Notes: generated from the letters alone by a model not told the origin. Shown: positions 8,623-20,194, counted from the first letter of the stretch. The stretch is 64,000 bases of DNA from an uncultured Verrucomicrobiae bacterium (GCA_963834385.1 CAWIBO010000005.1:480001-544000), one strand, 5' to 3'. Program-made: numbers and translations.

Positions 8623-10527
8623 CTACTTCTCCGGCTTCAACCGGGGCAGCAGTTCTTCCAGGATGGTGGCAACGGACTCCGAGACGCTTTGGCGGTGTGT
8701 CTGCACCACCACTTCGGCGTCGTCCGGCGCCTCATAGGGCGCGTCGATCCCGGTGAACTCCCGGATCTTTCCCGCGCGCGCCTTCTCATAGAGCTTCTTC
8801 GGGTCGCGCTCCTCGCAGACCGCGAGGGGAGCATCGACAAAGACCTCGAAAAACTCGGCGCCCCCCTCGAGCGCGATTTCGCGGGCGCGCCGCCGATCGT
8901 GCCGGTAAGGCGAAATGAAGGCGGTTACGACAATGATTCCCGAGTCCGCCATGAGGCGGGCCACTTCCGCGACCCGGCGGATGTTCTCGACGCGGTCTTC
9001 CGGTGAGAAGCCAAGGTTCGAGTTGAGGCCGTGGCGGACATTGTCGCCGTCGAGCACATAGGTATTCATGGCGCGGCGGAAGAGCTCGGCCTCGAGGGCC
9101 TGCGCGATGGTCGACTTGCCCGCGCCGGAAAGGCCGGTCAGCCAGACGACGGCGCCATGATGGCCATTGTGCCGCGCCCGGTCGCCCGGGGTGATCTTGC
9201 CCTCGGTCCAGAAGATGTTCTTGCTCTTGACCTCCGTTCGGTCGGTGTAAACGCCGCCAAAGACGATGCCGCCGCCGCCGATCCGGTTGTTCTGGACGAG
9301 AACGAACCGGCCGAGCTGCGGGATGCGGTCGTGGTTGTCGAGCACAAGGGGCGCGCGCGTCTGGATGGTGATGCGGCCAATTTCGTTCCGCGCCACTTCC
9401 GTGGCCGCCTTGCCGGAGGAGGCGAGGGTGGCGGAATCGATCACTTCCTCGATGGAAACGACCCGGCAGACGAGTTCCTGCGTCCCAAGCCGAAGGTGAT
9501 AATTCTGGTCGCAGCGCAGGGGCGTCGGGGAAATCCAGAAGATGTCGGCGTGGAACCGGTTGGTCTCGATCGGCGTCTCCTTCTCGTGTGAAGCCACGAA
9601 ACCGCGTTCGACGAAAATCTGCTCCCCCAGGGTGATGCCGGCCGAGTCCCCCGCCCGCACTTCCTCCGGGGCGTCGCCGTTCCAGCGCTCGATCGTTTTC
9701 ACCACGGCCTGCTTGTTTGCCGGCGAAAAGATGACCTGGTCCCCCACCCGCAGACGCCCCGTCTCGACCCGGCCCGCAATGATGCGGCGCTCGTCGAACC
9801 GGTAGACATCCTGCACACAGAACCGCAGGGGCAGCTCGGTCGATGAACCTTTGGCCGTGAGGTCGTCGAAAGCCTCGAGGATGGTCGGGCCCTTGTACCA
9901 CGCCATCTTTTCCGCGCTCCTCCGCGCCACGTTCTCGCCTTCGCGGGCCGAGACCGGCACAAAGACGCGCGGATCGAGCTTCAAACCGCCGAGAAACTCG
10001 CGGTATTCCCGCTCGATCTCGCGGAACCGTTCCTCAGCGTAGCCGACGAGGTCCATTTTGTTCACCGCCACCACGATCTGCTCGATCCCAAGCAGGCTGA
10101 GCAGATACGCGTGCCGCCGACTCTGCTCGCGGATTCCCTCGTTGGCGGCAATGAGCAGGATGGCGGCGTCGGCCGTGGACGCCCCGGTGATCATGTTCTT
10201 GAGGAACTCCTTGTGCCCGGGCGCGTCGATGATGACGTACTGGCGGCGCGGTGTCCGGAACGGGATCTGCGTCGTGTCGATGGTGATGTTCTGTTCCTGT
10301 TCCTCCAGGAGCGCATCGAGGAGAAAGGCGAACTCGAAGTCCATGCCCTCGGCCGCGGCCGCTTTCTGCACCGCCTCGATCTTGCCTTCCGGCAACGAAT
10401 CGGTGTCGTGCAGGATGCGGCCGATCAGGGTCGATTTGCCGTGATCGACATGGCCGACGAAAACGACCTGGAGCCGGGGCGATTCCCCGCGGCCCGCCGA
10501 ATCGATGGCTGTTCTACCCGCCGCCAT
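8623..10527 (-). CDS. cysNC: Bifunctional sulfate adenylyltransferase large subunit / adenylyl-sulfate kinase
   Basis: GHVDHGKST, DAPGH, NKMD GTPase motifs; C-terminal WLTGLSGAGKST, LDGDNVR, FTGIDAPYE; start MAAGRT overlaps the cysD stop. Confidence 0.93.
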   Translation of the reverse strand: MAAGRTAIDSAGRGESPRLQVVFVGHVDHGKSTLIGRILHDTDSLPEGKIEAVQKAAAAEGMDFEFAFLLDALLEEQEQNITIDTTQIPFRTPRRQYVIIDAPGHKEFLKNMITGASTADAAILLIAANEGIREQSRRHAYLLSLLGIEQIVVAVNKMDLVGYAEERFREIEREYREFLGGLKLDPRVFVPVSAREGENVARRSAEKMAWYKGPTILEAFDDLTAKGSSTELPLRFCVQDVYRFDERRIIAGRVETGRLRVGDQVIFSPANKQAVVKTIERWNGDAPEEVRAGDSAGITLGEQIFVERGFVASHEKETPIETNRFHADIFWISPTPLRCDQNYHLRLGTQELVCRVVSIEEVIDSATLASSGKAATEVARNEIGRITIQTRAPLVLDNHDRIPQLGRFVLVQNNRIGGGGIVFGGVYTDRTEVKSKNIFWTEGKITPGDRARHNGHHGAVVWLTGLSGAGKSTIAQALEAELFRRAMNTYVLDGDNVRHGLNSNLGFSPEDRVENIRRVAEVARLMADSGIIVVTAFISPYRHDRRRAREIALEGGAEFFEVFVDAPLAVCEERDPKKLYEKARAGKIREFTGIDAPYEAPDDAEVVVQTHRQSVSESVATILEELLPRLKPEK

Positions 10528-11342
10528 TACATGAAACCCTTGGCGCGCAGCTTTTGCATGGCGTTGCGCTCGTGATGGTCCTGCGCGCGGCCGGCCCGCT
10601 CGCTCGTTTTCGTGATTTCCAGCTCGGCAATGATCTCTTCGATCGTCGCGGCCGTGCTCGCCACGTCCTTCGTGATCGGACGGCAGCCCAGCGATCGGTA
10701 GCGGCGGCCGTTTCGCGCGAAATACATCTGCGGGATGGGAATCTTCTCGCGCTCGATGTAGCGCCAGATATCCACCTCCGTCCAGTCGAGCAGCGGCTGC
10801 ACCCGGACATGTTCCCCGGGCGCGGCCGCGGAGGCGAACTGCCCCCAGAATTCCGGCGGCTGGTCCTTGTACTCCCACTCGAACTGCGCGTTCCGCGGTG
10901 AAAAATAGCGCTCCTTCGCCCGGGTCGGGTCCTCGTCGCGACGAATGCCGGTGATGAGGGCGTCGAACTTGTGCTCGGACAGCACCTGCTGCAACGCCAC
11001 CGTCTTCAGCTCGTGCGTCACCGTCACCGGGTCATGCGTCTCGTAGCCGATGCCGCGGGCCCGGGCCTCGGTGTTGATCTTCACCATGAGGTTGAGCTTG
11101 TAATGCCCGGTGGCCCATTCCCGGAACTCGAGCATCTCCGGGAACTCGTAGGTGGTGTCGATGTGCAGGACGGGGAACGGGATCTTTCCGAAAAATGCGC
11201 GCATCGCCAGCCAGATCAGGACGTTGGAGTCCTTCCCCATCGACCAGGGCATGGCGATGTTCTTGAACGAGTGGTAGGCCTCGCGAAAAATGAAGACACT
11301 CTGGTTCTCCAGCTGGTCGAGATGGCTGCGGATCGGGGTCAT
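10527..11342 (-). CDS. cysD: Sulfate adenylyltransferase small subunit
   Basis: [42 protein letters not shown]. Confidence 0.93.
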   Translation of the reverse strand: MTPIRSHLDQLENQSVFIFREAYHSFKNIAMPWSMGKDSNVLIWLAMRAFFGKIPFPVLHIDTTYEFPEMLEFREWATGHYKLNLMVKINTEARARGIGYETHDPVTVTHELKTVALQQVLSEHKFDALITGIRRDEDPTRAKERYFSPRNAQFEWEYKDQPPEFWGQFASAAAPGEHVRVQPLLDWTEVDIWRYIEREKIPIPQMYFARNGRRYRSLGCRPITKDVASTAATIEEIIAELEITKTSERAGRAQDHHERNAMQKLRAKGFM

Positions 11343-11503
11343 CGTCGGTTCCCACAGTAGACGCGCTCCCGGGAGCCGCCACCGCGGACCGAATGTTTAG
11401 CGAGAGTGTGGGCACGGTCAATCTCGCGCGCGGCGAGGCCGCCCGGCGGCGCGGTCCCGAGAGATCCTGCTTGCTTCGTCCGCCCCTGATTTTAGTGTCA
11501 GGA

Positions 11504-12040
11504 ATGCCGGAACAACGCCCCGCCGCCTACGATTCCAAGATCGAGGGCAACGTGATTTTTACCCGGCTCGACGCCGCCATAAACTGGATGCGCAAAAATT
11601 CGCTCTGGCCCATGCCGATGGGTTTGGCCTGCTGCGCCATTGAGCTGATGGCCACGGCGTCCTCCCGGTTCGACATCGCGCGTTTCGGCGCCGAGGTCAT
11701 GCGCTTTTCCCCCCGGCAATGCGACGTCATGATCGTGGCCGGGACGGTCACCTACAAAATGGCCCTGGCGGTGAAGCGCATCTACGAGCAGATGCCTGAG
11801 CCGAAATGGGTCATCGCCATGGGAGCCTGCGCTTCCACTGGCGGCATGTATCGCTCCTATGCCGTTCTCCAGGGGATTGACCAGCTTCTCCCGGTGGATG
11901 TTTATGTCTCCGGTTGCCCGCCCCGCCCGGAAGCGCTGCTCGAAGGCCTGATGAAGCTCCAGGAAAAGATCAGCGGCGAACGCTCCTTTCTCGCGCAGAA
12001 ACCGGCCCTGGGGCGGATGCTGGAAACCGCCGCGTCATGA
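11504..12040 (+). CDS. nuoB: NADH-quinone oxidoreductase subunit B
   Basis: [33 protein letters not shown]. Confidence 0.95.
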   Translation: MPEQRPAAYDSKIEGNVIFTRLDAAINWMRKNSLWPMPMGLACCAIELMATASSRFDIARFGAEVMRFSPRQCDVMIVAGTVTYKMALAVKRIYEQMPEPKWVIAMGACASTGGMYRSYAVLQGIDQLLPVDVYVSGCPPRPEALLEGLMKLQEKISGERSFLAQKPALGRMLETAAS

Positions 12041-12618
12041 CCGGCGAAACGCTCCTGGTCGAGCTGGCCAAGCTGTTTGGCGGCAAAATTCTCCAGCGGA
12101 TCGATTTTCGCGGCGAAACCACCTTTGTCATCGCTCCCGCCGACCTCCGCGAGGTGGCAAAGTTCTGCCGGGACGAGCTCTCCTTTGATTACCTGGTCGA
12201 CATCACCAGCATCGATAATTTCGGGGAGGACCCGCGGTTCGCCATCGTTTACGAACTTTATTCCCTCACCCTCTCCATTCATCTTCGGCTCCGGCTGGCG
12301 GTGGCCGAAGAGGAAAGTGCCGTCGACACCGTCTCGGATATCTGGCCGACGGCCAACTGGCACGAGCGGGAGATCTACGACATGATGGGCTTGCGGTTCC
12401 ACGGTCACCCGGACCTGCGCCGGATCCTGATGTGGGAGGGATATCCCTATTTTCCGCTGCGGAAAGAATTCCCGCTGGAAGGCCGGCCGAGCAACATGCC
12501 CGACGTCGCTTTCACCTCGGCGGCGCCAATGGAAGGCGGCCCGTTTGTGACCGTCCCGAGCACGGCCACGACCAAGGACCGTGAACCGCGGGCCCGTCCC
12601 CCGGAGTTGCCGCGCTAG
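12037..12618 (+). CDS. nuoC: NADH-quinone oxidoreductase subunit C
   Basis: [27 protein letters not shown]...PLRKEFP; ATGA overlap with nuoB. Confidence 0.93.
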   Translation: MTGETLLVELAKLFGGKILQRIDFRGETTFVIAPADLREVAKFCRDELSFDYLVDITSIDNFGEDPRFAIVYELYSLTLSIHLRLRLAVAEEESAVDTVSDIWPTANWHEREIYDMMGLRFHGHPDLRRILMWEGYPYFPLRKEFPLEGRPSNMPDVAFTSAAPMEGGPFVTVPSTATTKDREPRARPPELPR

Positions 12619-12619
12619 C

Positions 12620-13144
12620 GTGATCCGGTTCGCGGTGATCCTGTTTCTCGTCCTGGCCGGCGGGCTCCTCGCCGCCTTTTTCATCTCGCAGCGTTACCGT
12701 CCGGAAACACCGGCGCTCCCCGCGGCCGATCGCGTTCTGGTGGAGAAAGCGGCGCGGCGCCTGACCTTGTTGCGCGAGGGGCGACCGTTGAAAACCTATC
12801 GGGTCGCGCTCGGGGGCAACCCGCTCGGGCACAAGGAACAGGAGGGCGATCAACGAACCCCCGAAGGCGTCTACACCATTGATTTCCACAAGGCCGACAG
12901 TTCCTTTCATCGGGCCCTTCACATCACCTATCCCAACGCCGAGGACACGGCGCGTGCCGCTGCTCGGGGCGTTCCCGCCGGTGGCGACATCATGATCCAT
13001 GGTCTGCCCAACGAGAACCCCGATTGGGGCGCACTCCACGTGGAGCGCGACTGGACCGCGGGCTGCATCGCCGTGACCAACGAGGAAATTGAGGAGATTT
13101 GGGCGGCGGTGGCGGATGGCACCCCGATCGAGATCCGGCCCTGA
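12620..13144 (+). CDS. L,D-transpeptidase (YkuD) family protein with N-terminal anchor
   Basis: VEKAARRL, KEQEGDQRTPEGVY, IMIHG...DWTAGCIAV, GTPIEIRP. Confidence 0.88.
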   Translation: MIRFAVILFLVLAGGLLAAFFISQRYRPETPALPAADRVLVEKAARRLTLLREGRPLKTYRVALGGNPLGHKEQEGDQRTPEGVYTIDFHKADSSFHRALHITYPNAEDTARAAARGVPAGGDIMIHGLPNENPDWGALHVERDWTAGCIAVTNEEIEEIWAAVADGTPIEIRP

Positions 13145-13152
13145 GCCGGCCT

Positions 13153-14052
13153 TCAGGCACGATAAGGATCGGCGACCCCGGCCGGCGGACTCTTGAAGCG
13201 CTTGTATTCCCAGTGATACTGCGCCGGGTCCTGTCGCACCAGCTCTTCAATGGCGGCGTTCATGGCCGCGACCGCCACTGTTTCATCATCCGCGTAAATC
13301 TCCGGGCTGAGTTCGCTGAACACGATCCGGAACCCGTTCTTTTCCCGGCGGCAACTCCCGAGGACCACCAGGGGTTGGGTGCTTTTGGTCAGCCGATGCG
13401 CAAACGTCATGGTCAGCGCCGGACGACCAAAAAACGGCACGTGGATTCCCGACGGCCGCGGAGGAACCTGGTCGGGCAGGATGCTCACCGGGCGCCCCTG
13501 CTTCAGCGCCTGGAAGATGCTGCGCACCCCGCGGGCGTCGATCGGCCGGAGGCTGGCCCCGGTCCGTTCCCGCCGGGTCCGGATCAGGGCGTCCAACGCC
13601 GGCGGCTTCAGGGGATCATAAAGGGCCATGAAGCCGTAGCGTCCAAAGTGCAGGGCAAAGAGTTCCCAGTTCCCGAAATGCGGCGCCAGCACAAGGATCC
13701 CCCGCTTCGCGTCCCACGCCTCCTGCAGCGGCGCGGTGCCTTCGACCGCCGTGATCACGCCCTCCAACTCTGTTTCCGACCAGTGCCCGGTCAGCCCCGA
13801 TTCCGCGAGGAGACGCCCGGTGTGACGCAGGCTTTCCCGCGTCAGCCGGAGCCGCTCCCGGCGGTTTAGCTCCGGGAAACAAATTTGCAGGTTCGTTTCC
13901 GTGGTCCGGGCCGCCCGCGTTCCGAGGAGATAAAAGAGGTCCCCGATGACGTTGCCGATGAAACGGGTGGTGCCGTAGCTACACGGGGCCAGCAGCCCGG
14001 ACCAAACCCGGAGTGCCAGCGGAGCCAAAAGATCGAGGACCCGGCGTTTCAC
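13153..14052 (-). CDS. Lipid A biosynthesis acyltransferase (LpxL/HtrB family)
   Basis: APHFGNWE, LPDQ, VPFFGRPA, PAQYHWEYKRFK; GTG start uncertain. Confidence 0.85.
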   Translation of the reverse strand: MKRRVLDLLAPLALRVWSGLLAPCSYGTTRFIGNVIGDLFYLLGTRAARTTETNLQICFPELNRRERLRLTRESLRHTGRLLAESGLTGHWSETELEGVITAVEGTAPLQEAWDAKRGILVLAPHFGNWELFALHFGRYGFMALYDPLKPPALDALIRTRRERTGASLRPIDARGVRSIFQALKQGRPVSILPDQVPPRPSGIHVPFFGRPALTMTFAHRLTKSTQPLVVLGSCRREKNGFRIVFSELSPEIYADDETVAVAAMNAAIEELVRQDPAQYHWEYKRFKSPPAGVADPYRA

Positions 14053-14095
14053 CCGCGCACTAAAGCGCGCATCCGTTTGGCCTTCCAAGGGACAA

Positions 14096-15652
14096 TCACT
14101 CCGGCTGGCTTGCCTCAAAGCGGGGAAACAGCGGCGACGGCTTTCCGACTGTGTGTCCCGGAGGAAGAACGCCCCAGCCGGCTGCGGCCAGGCTCTGCTC
14201 CCCTTCCCAGTTCAATTGCCGGAAAATTTCCCGCGCCGCCTGTGGCGCAAAAGGCGAAAAGTAGATTGCAGATCAGGCGCAATCCTTCCGCGAGGGCGGC
14301 CAGGACCTCGTCGAGCGCGCCGGCCTGGGCCGGGTCCTTCGCCATCTTCCAGGGCGCGCTCGTCTCGATGTAACCATTGCACGCGGTGACGAAATTCCCC
14401 AGCAACTCCGCGGCCCGGTGCGTTTCCCAGGCCTCCATGGCGGTCGCGTAGCCGGTGGCGAGCTTCTCCGCCTCAGCCGGGAGAGGTGAGCCGGTTCCGG
14501 CCGCACCGAGGCGGCCTTCCCGGTAGCGTTGCGCCATGCTCAGCGTGCGGTTGAGCAAATTGCCAAGGTTGTTGGCCAGGTCGGTGTTGTAGCGCGTGAT
14601 CAGCCGTTCCTCGCTGAAATCGGCGTCCTGCCCGATGACCATGTCGCTCACCAGATAATACCGCAGCGGCTCCGCGCCATACTTGTCGGCGAGCGTGTCG
14701 GGATCGACGACGTTCCCCAGGCTTTTGCTCATCTTATCGCCGCTGATGTTCCACCAGCCGTGGACGAGCAGGCGCGGAATCTGGTCGTCCGGAAAACCGA
14801 GCGCGTGCAGCATGATCGGCCAGTAAATGCCGTGCGCCGGGACTCATGATGTCCTTCCCGATCAGGTGCACCGCCGGCCAGCGTTCCCGAAACGCCGGCG
14901 GCTGCGAAGCAAAAGTTTTCCCGCCATCGATAGCCGGCAAAGCTGATGTAATTCGTGAGGGCATCGAACCAGACGTAGGTGACAAACGCCGGGTCGAACG
15001 GCAGCTCGATGCCCCAGTCGAGCCGCGCTTTTGGCCGCGAGATGCAAAGGTCGCCGCTGATTTTCTCCGCGGCATTGATCAACTCCGCCTGGCGAAAGGC
15101 GGGCGTCACCAGACCGGGCCGGTCGCGCAGGAGAGCCACCAGCCAGTCGCGATGCTGCGCCAGCCGAAAGTAATAGTTCTCCTCCTCGCGGAACTCGACC
15201 TCGCCCCATTCCGGCCCGAACTCCCCATCCGGTCCGCGCTCCTTGTCCGTGAGAAACTGTTCCTGCCGGATGGAGTAATGCCCGGAACGGGTGTCCTTGT
15301 AAATCTGGCCCTCGTCAAAAAGCCGCTGCAGGATGGCCCGAACACATTCCCGGTGAAGCTCGTCGGTGGTGGCGGCCCAGGCATCATATTGCACTCCGAG
15401 CTTCCGCCAGAGAGCGAGAAACTTCCCGGTGATCCCGGCGACATACTGCGGCGGCGTGACCCCCTCTTTCTGCGCCGATTTCTGCACCTTTTGCCCGTGC
15501 TGGTCCACTCCGGTGAGGAAGAACACTTCTTCGCCCCGCAGGCGGTGATATCGGGCCATGACATCGGCCAGCACCTTTTCGTAGGCGTGGCCGAGATGCG
15601 GCGCGCCATTGGTATAATCAATGGCGGTGGTGAGGTTGAAGCGCGGGGGCAT
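14096..15652 (-). CDS. metG: Methionine--tRNA ligase, interrupted by three +1 indels (probable sequencing errors)
   Basis: [47 protein letters not shown] across frames; shifts near 14929, 14844, 14258; repaired C-terminus ends ...[12 protein letters not shown]. Confidence 0.9.
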
Positions 15653-15733
15653 GCGGGGACCAAGCTGTCCGAACCGGTCCGCATGGCGCAACCGTTGTTC
15701 GCCGGCGCCTCCTTCCTGCGTATCCTCCCGCCC

Positions 15734-17032
15734 ATGCCGAGCACGGTCGATTCCCCTGCCGCTGCCCCCTCTTTTGCCGCGGCCTTCCGTTTCTGGCTCA
15801 GGCTCGGCTTCATCAGCTTCGGTGGTCCCGCCGGGCAGATCGCGATCATGCAACGGGAGCTGGTGGAAACGCGGCGCTGGATCGGGCAGGATCGGTTTTT
15901 GCATGCCCTGAATTTTTGCCTGCTCTTGCCCGGCCCGGAGGCGCAGCAGCTCGCGATTTATTGCGGCTGGCTCCTCCACCGGACCTGGGGAGGAATCGTG
16001 GCCGGCGTGCTCTTCGTTCTGCCCTCGATGTTCGTGCTCTGGGGCCTGAGTTATGTCTACGCGGCCTTTGGTGAGGTGGCGTGGGTCACCGCGATTTTTT
16101 ACGGGCTCAAGCCGGCCGTGGTCGCGATCGTGGTGGCGGCGCTCTTCCGGATCAGCCGGAAAACACTGCAAACGGCCCCGGCAGCGACCATTGCCCTCCT
16201 GGCTTTCGTCGCGCTTTATTTCCTGCACGTTCCCTTCCCATGGGTCGTGGGAGGAGCAGCCGCGGCAGGTTTCCTCGGCGGGCTCGCCTGGCCTTCCGCT
16301 TTTCGTTCCCCCCGCGACGAGGCGCCGCCGATGGAATTATCGGAACATCACACAACGGTCTCCTGGGCGCGCGCCGCTCGCATCGTCGCCCTCTGCCTGC
16401 TTCTCTGGTTTGCGCCCGTCGTGGCGATCGTGCTCTTCTTTGGGACCGACCATTTTCTTTTTCGCGAAGCGATTTTCTTCAGCAAAGCGGCCGTGGTCAC
16501 GTTCGGCGGCGCCTATGCCGTCCTTCCCTACGTGGCGCAGCAGGCGGTCGAGAACTTTGGCTGGCTCGCCCCCGGGCAAATGCTGGATGGCCTGGCTTTG
16601 GCCGAGACGACGCCGGGGCCGCTCATCATGGTCCTGCAGTTCGTGGGATTCATGGGAGGCTGGAACAATCCGGGAAACCTGCCGCCCCTCGCGGCTGCGA
16701 CCCTCGGCGCGCTCGTCACCACCTGGGTGACCTTTGTCCCCTGCTTCCTCTGGATTTTCCTCGGCGCGCCGCACCTGGAACGCCTGCGCGGCAACCGGCG
16801 CCTTCGGGCCACCCTCGCCGGCGTTTCGGCCGCCGTGGCCGGGGTGATGTTGAATCTCGCCGTCTGGTTTGCCCGGCATGTTTTTGTTCCGGAAAACACG
16901 GGGCTCGACTGGGTCGCGCTCGCCCTGGGAGTTCTCGCCCTCATCGCCCTGGTGCGATGGAAGCTCGAGGTCATCACCCTGATCCTCGCCGGCGGCGCCG
17001 CCGGTTTTCTCCTGCGCTACCTGGCCGGCTAA
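15734..17032 (+). CDS. chrA: Chromate efflux transporter (CHR family)
   Basis: [40 protein letters not shown]. Confidence 0.9.
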   Translation: MPSTVDSPAAAPSFAAAFRFWLRLGFISFGGPAGQIAIMQRELVETRRWIGQDRFLHALNFCLLLPGPEAQQLAIYCGWLLHRTWGGIVAGVLFVLPSMFVLWGLSYVYAAFGEVAWVTAIFYGLKPAVVAIVVAALFRISRKTLQTAPAATIALLAFVALYFLHVPFPWVVGGAAAAGFLGGLAWPSAFRSPRDEAPPMELSEHHTTVSWARAARIVALCLLLWFAPVVAIVLFFGTDHFLFREAIFFSKAAVVTFGGAYAVLPYVAQQAVENFGWLAPGQMLDGLALAETTPGPLIMVLQFVGFMGGWNNPGNLPPLAAATLGALVTTWVTFVPCFLWIFLGAPHLERLRGNRRLRATLAGVSAAVAGVMLNLAVWFARHVFVPENTGLDWVALALGVLALIALVRWKLEVITLILAGGAAGFLLRYLAG

Positions 17033-17871
17033 TCCGCCGCGCTGTCCGAAACCGTCTCGCCGGTCGCGCCCGCGCTGTCCAGTTCCCACAGGAGCCAGTC
17101 GTCGTCGGTGACGTATTTCTTGAGCTTGTTGTCCCAGCGTTGCGGCAGCTTCTGCGAAAGGCGCTCGAGAAACGGGAGCAGCGGGTTCTGCGGCGGGTGC
17201 GCCTTTTCCTGGTCATCCATCGGAATCGGCTCCCACTTGAATCTCTCCACGTAATCGGCAAACCCAAAACCGTCGAAGAACCGTCCGCTGCCGATCAACG
17301 GCATATACCAGAGACTCGGAATGCCGCGCGGGTTTGGCTTGATCGGGACCTCCGTGGCCAGCTTCTCGAGCAGGGCGGAACCGGCGGAATCGCTCTCGAG
17401 ATGTTTCCGAAGCTGTTCCAGGGCGGGGAACTCGACCGGCGGACTGACAAAAAGGACCGGCTTCCATTGCTGCCGTGAGAGGACAATTTCGTGCACGGTG
17501 CCGACGCTGTAGATGTTGGTCGGGCAATAGGCGATGGTGAAATCGCTCGTGTCGACCATGCGCAGGTCGATGTGCAGCGTTTCCCAGAAATGATCGGCGC
17601 AGTCGGAACGGGTGGCGTCCCCTTCCTGGCCCCGGGCGAAGGTCCATTTCTCGCGCACATCGACGGTGTTGATGTCCTCCAGCCCGTACTGGTGCAGGCC
17701 GCGCACCTTCGGTTTCGACCAGGGATCAAAAACGATGCCGCCGCTCGCGCGCAGAAAATCGCCTACCCGGTTGCGCCACCCGAACTTTTTTTCGTTGGCT
17801 CGGGAGGCGACAAAATCCATCGGCCCACTCAGGTAAACGCGGGCGCCGCGGAGGTGGTTGTGCTCGCTCAT
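17029..17871 (-). CDS. Hypothetical protein with a nucleoside 2-deoxyribosyltransferase-like fold
   Basis: [34 protein letters not shown] pattern typical of the NDT/Rcl superfamily. Confidence 0.6.
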   Translation of the reverse strand: MSEHNHLRGARVYLSGPMDFVASRANEKKFGWRNRVGDFLRASGGIVFDPWSKPKVRGLHQYGLEDINTVDVREKWTFARGQEGDATRSDCADHFWETLHIDLRMVDTSDFTIAYCPTNIYSVGTVHEIVLSRQQWKPVLFVSPPVEFPALEQLRKHLESDSAGSALLEKLATEVPIKPNPRGIPSLWYMPLIGSGRFFDGFGFADYVERFKWEPIPMDDQEKAHPPQNPLLPFLERLSQKLPQRWDNKLKKYVTDDDWLLWELDSAGATGETVSDSAAD

Positions 17872-17950
17872 GCCGCCATGAGTGCGCTTTTTCCGAGCGA
17901 CGGGCAAACCAAAATGGCGCGCCGGTCCCGTCCCGGATATGTTTTCGTCC

Positions 17951-18616
17951 ATGCGACACGTCGCGGAAAACATCTGGCTGATGCCGTTTCCGCTTTCGAT
18001 TGCCGGGGTGCAGGCGGGGCGCAATGTCTCCCTGGTCCGGCTGACCACGGGCGAAGTGATCATTCATTCCACCGCGCCCTTCCGCGACGCGGAGGTGGCG
18101 GAAATCCGGCGGATCGGTCCGCCCGCGGCGCTGCTCGAGGCCACCCTTTTGCACGACACCTTTGCCCGGGCGGCCCGGGCGGCTCTCCCCGGCGTGCCTT
18201 ACTTCGCGCCGCCGGCCCTCGGCGACCAGACCTTTGATCGCTGGCCGGCCTCCTGGAACGAAGAACTGGCGGTGCTGCCTCTCGCCGGCATGCCCCTTCT
18301 GCAGGAGCACCTGGTGCTGCATCGCCCCACGCGGACGCTCATCACGGGCGATTTCGTTTTTAACATGCCCCGTGACGTTTCCTGGTGGACCCGCCTCGTT
18401 TTCCGGATCGTCTCGCGAATGCGCGAATATCCCGCGATGAGCCTGGCCTTTCGGCTCGCCATCCGGGATCGCGCGGCTTTTCGCGAGTCGATGCGCCGGT
18501 TGCTGGCCTGGGATTTCGACCGGATCATTGTCGGTCACGGCGAACCCATCGAGACCGGCGGCAAGGAGATCGTCCGCGTTCTCCTGGCCCGGCACGGCCT
18601 GCTGCCGGACGATTAA
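17951..18616 (+). CDS. DUF4336-like / metallo-beta-lactamase-fold protein
   Basis: LVRLTTGEVIIHS, LHD, EHLVLHRPTRTLITGD, WDFDRIIVGHG. Confidence 0.7.
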   Translation: MRHVAENIWLMPFPLSIAGVQAGRNVSLVRLTTGEVIIHSTAPFRDAEVAEIRRIGPPAALLEATLLHDTFARAARAALPGVPYFAPPALGDQTFDRWPASWNEELAVLPLAGMPLLQEHLVLHRPTRTLITGDFVFNMPRDVSWWTRLVFRIVSRMREYPAMSLAFRLAIRDRAAFRESMRRLLAWDFDRIIVGHGEPIETGGKEIVRVLLARHGLLPDD

Positions 18617-19524
18617 AGCTCGAACTGGCTCATCGACCGGAAGACGGCGTAGCGCTCCCGGATCTCCTCCTCCGTCAGACGGCGGAGACGCTCGAGGCTG
18701 AATTCCTCGACGTTGAAGCTGGCCAGGACGCTGCCGTAGATCACGGCCCGGCGCAGGTCGGCAAACGTCACCTTGCCCCCGGCCGTGCTGGCGAGATATC
18801 CGGCCACGCCCCCGGCAAAGGTGTCGCCCGCCCCCGTGGGATCATGAATGTCTTCCAACGGATAAGCGCCGCAGCTAAAGAACTCGTTCTCGCCGAAAAG
18901 CAGCGCACCATGCTCGCCTTTTTTGATCGCGACGAAAGCCGGCCCCATCGCGCGAATGGTGCGACCGGCCTTGATCAGGCTCGTCTCCTTCGTCATGGCG
19001 CGGGCTTCGCTGTCGTTCAGGATGAGCAGGTCAACCCGCCGGAGCAGGGCATCGAGCGCCGGCCGGGCCGTCTCGATCCAAAGATCCATGGTGTCGGCCA
19101 CGACGAAACGCGGTTCCTTCATCTGGTCGAGCACGTGCGCCTGGAGCTGGGGCGCGATGTTCGCCAGGAGGACGAACTTCGTCTCCCGAAAGGCCTCGGG
19201 CAAAGTCGGCTCGAATTTTTCGAAAACGTTCAGCTCGATCGAGCGTGTTTCCCGCGTGTTCAGGTCCCACATGTATTCCCCCGACCACCGGAAGGTTTTG
19301 CCCCGGGCGCGTTCCACGCCGCTGGCGTCGATCTTGCGCTCCCGCCAGAACTCAAACTCCGAGGCGGGAAAATCGTCGCCCACGATGCCCACAAGATTGA
19401 CCGGCGAGAAGAAGCTGGCCCCGAGCGCGGCGTAGGAGGCGGACCCGCCAAGAAGATCGGCGTGCTCCTCCACCGGCGTCTTCACGGTATCAAGGGCAAT
19501 GGAACCAACGACGAGGACAGACAT
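18613..19524 (-). CDS. PfkB family carbohydrate kinase
   Basis: GSIALD, LGGSASY, NDSEA, KKGEHG, DPTGAGDTFAGG. Confidence 0.9.
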   Translation of the reverse strand: MSVLVVGSIALDTVKTPVEEHADLLGGSASYAALGASFFSPVNLVGIVGDDFPASEFEFWRERKIDASGVERARGKTFRWSGEYMWDLNTRETRSIELNVFEKFEPTLPEAFRETKFVLLANIAPQLQAHVLDQMKEPRFVVADTMDLWIETARPALDALLRRVDLLILNDSEARAMTKETSLIKAGRTIRAMGPAFVAIKKGEHGALLFGENEFFSCGAYPLEDIHDPTGAGDTFAGGVAGYLASTAGGKVTFADLRRAVIYGSVLASFNVEEFSLERLRRLTEEEIRERYAVFRSMSQFEL

Positions 19525-19536
19525 GATGCTTTGGAC

Positions 19537-20178
19537 TCAGGGGGTTTGGGATGACGGCCCGGGCAGGAGCGACCGGGCGCGGCGCGCGTAATCTGCGGGA
19601 TCATCGGCCTGGAGCAAGCCGGAAACGATCACCACCCGACGGGCCCCGGCCGCGATCACCTCGGGCAGATTCTCCTGCTTGATTCCCCCGATGCAGAAAA
19701 TGGGGAGGCGCACCGCCTGGTGCACCCGCTTGATTTCCTCCAGGCCGATCGGCCGATACTCAGGCTTGGTCGGGGTGCTGAAGAGCGGGCCGAACCCGAT
19801 GTAATCGACCGCTTCCTCCGCGGCGGCCACCGCCTGCTCAAAGCTATGCGTTGATTTGCCGATGATCCCCTCTCCCATCAGGGCACGGGCCGCGCTCACG
19901 GAAAGATCGTCCTGCCCCAGGTGCACTCCGGCCGCGCCGACCGCCCGGGCCACGGCGGGATGATCGTTGATAATGAGCGGGACGCCGGCGGGTCCGATGG
20001 CCCCGATGAGTTCGCGCGCGAGTTCCTCCACCTCCTCGGACGAAAGATTCTTGGCGCGCAGTTGCAGGAGATCGACGCCGCCGGCGAGAAGGCGCTTCGC
20101 CATGGGCGCCATCTCCGAGGCCGCGACGTATTGGAGATCGAGGATGCCGTAGAGACGGCTTTGGGCGAGCGCGCGCAC
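19537..20178 (-). CDS. thiE: Thiamine-phosphate synthase
   Basis: QLRAK, IINDH, GVHLGQDD, GKSTH, GPLFSTPTK, IGGI; GTG start assumed. Confidence 0.9.
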   Translation of the reverse strand: MRALAQSRLYGILDLQYVAASEMAPMAKRLLAGGVDLLQLRAKNLSSEEVEELARELIGAIGPAGVPLIINDHPAVARAVGAAGVHLGQDDLSVSAARALMGEGIIGKSTHSFEQAVAAAEEAVDYIGFGPLFSTPTKPEYRPIGLEEIKRVHQAVRLPIFCIGGIKQENLPEVIAAGARRVVIVSGLLQADDPADYARRARSLLPGPSSQTP

Positions 20179-20194
20179 GGGAATCCCGGAACGG

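Noticed and set aside
14846..15733. 728-aa ORF suggesting an N-terminally extended ChrA
   Set aside because: The extension is the antisense of metG; the same artefact inflates ORFs 22746, 28634 and 50270
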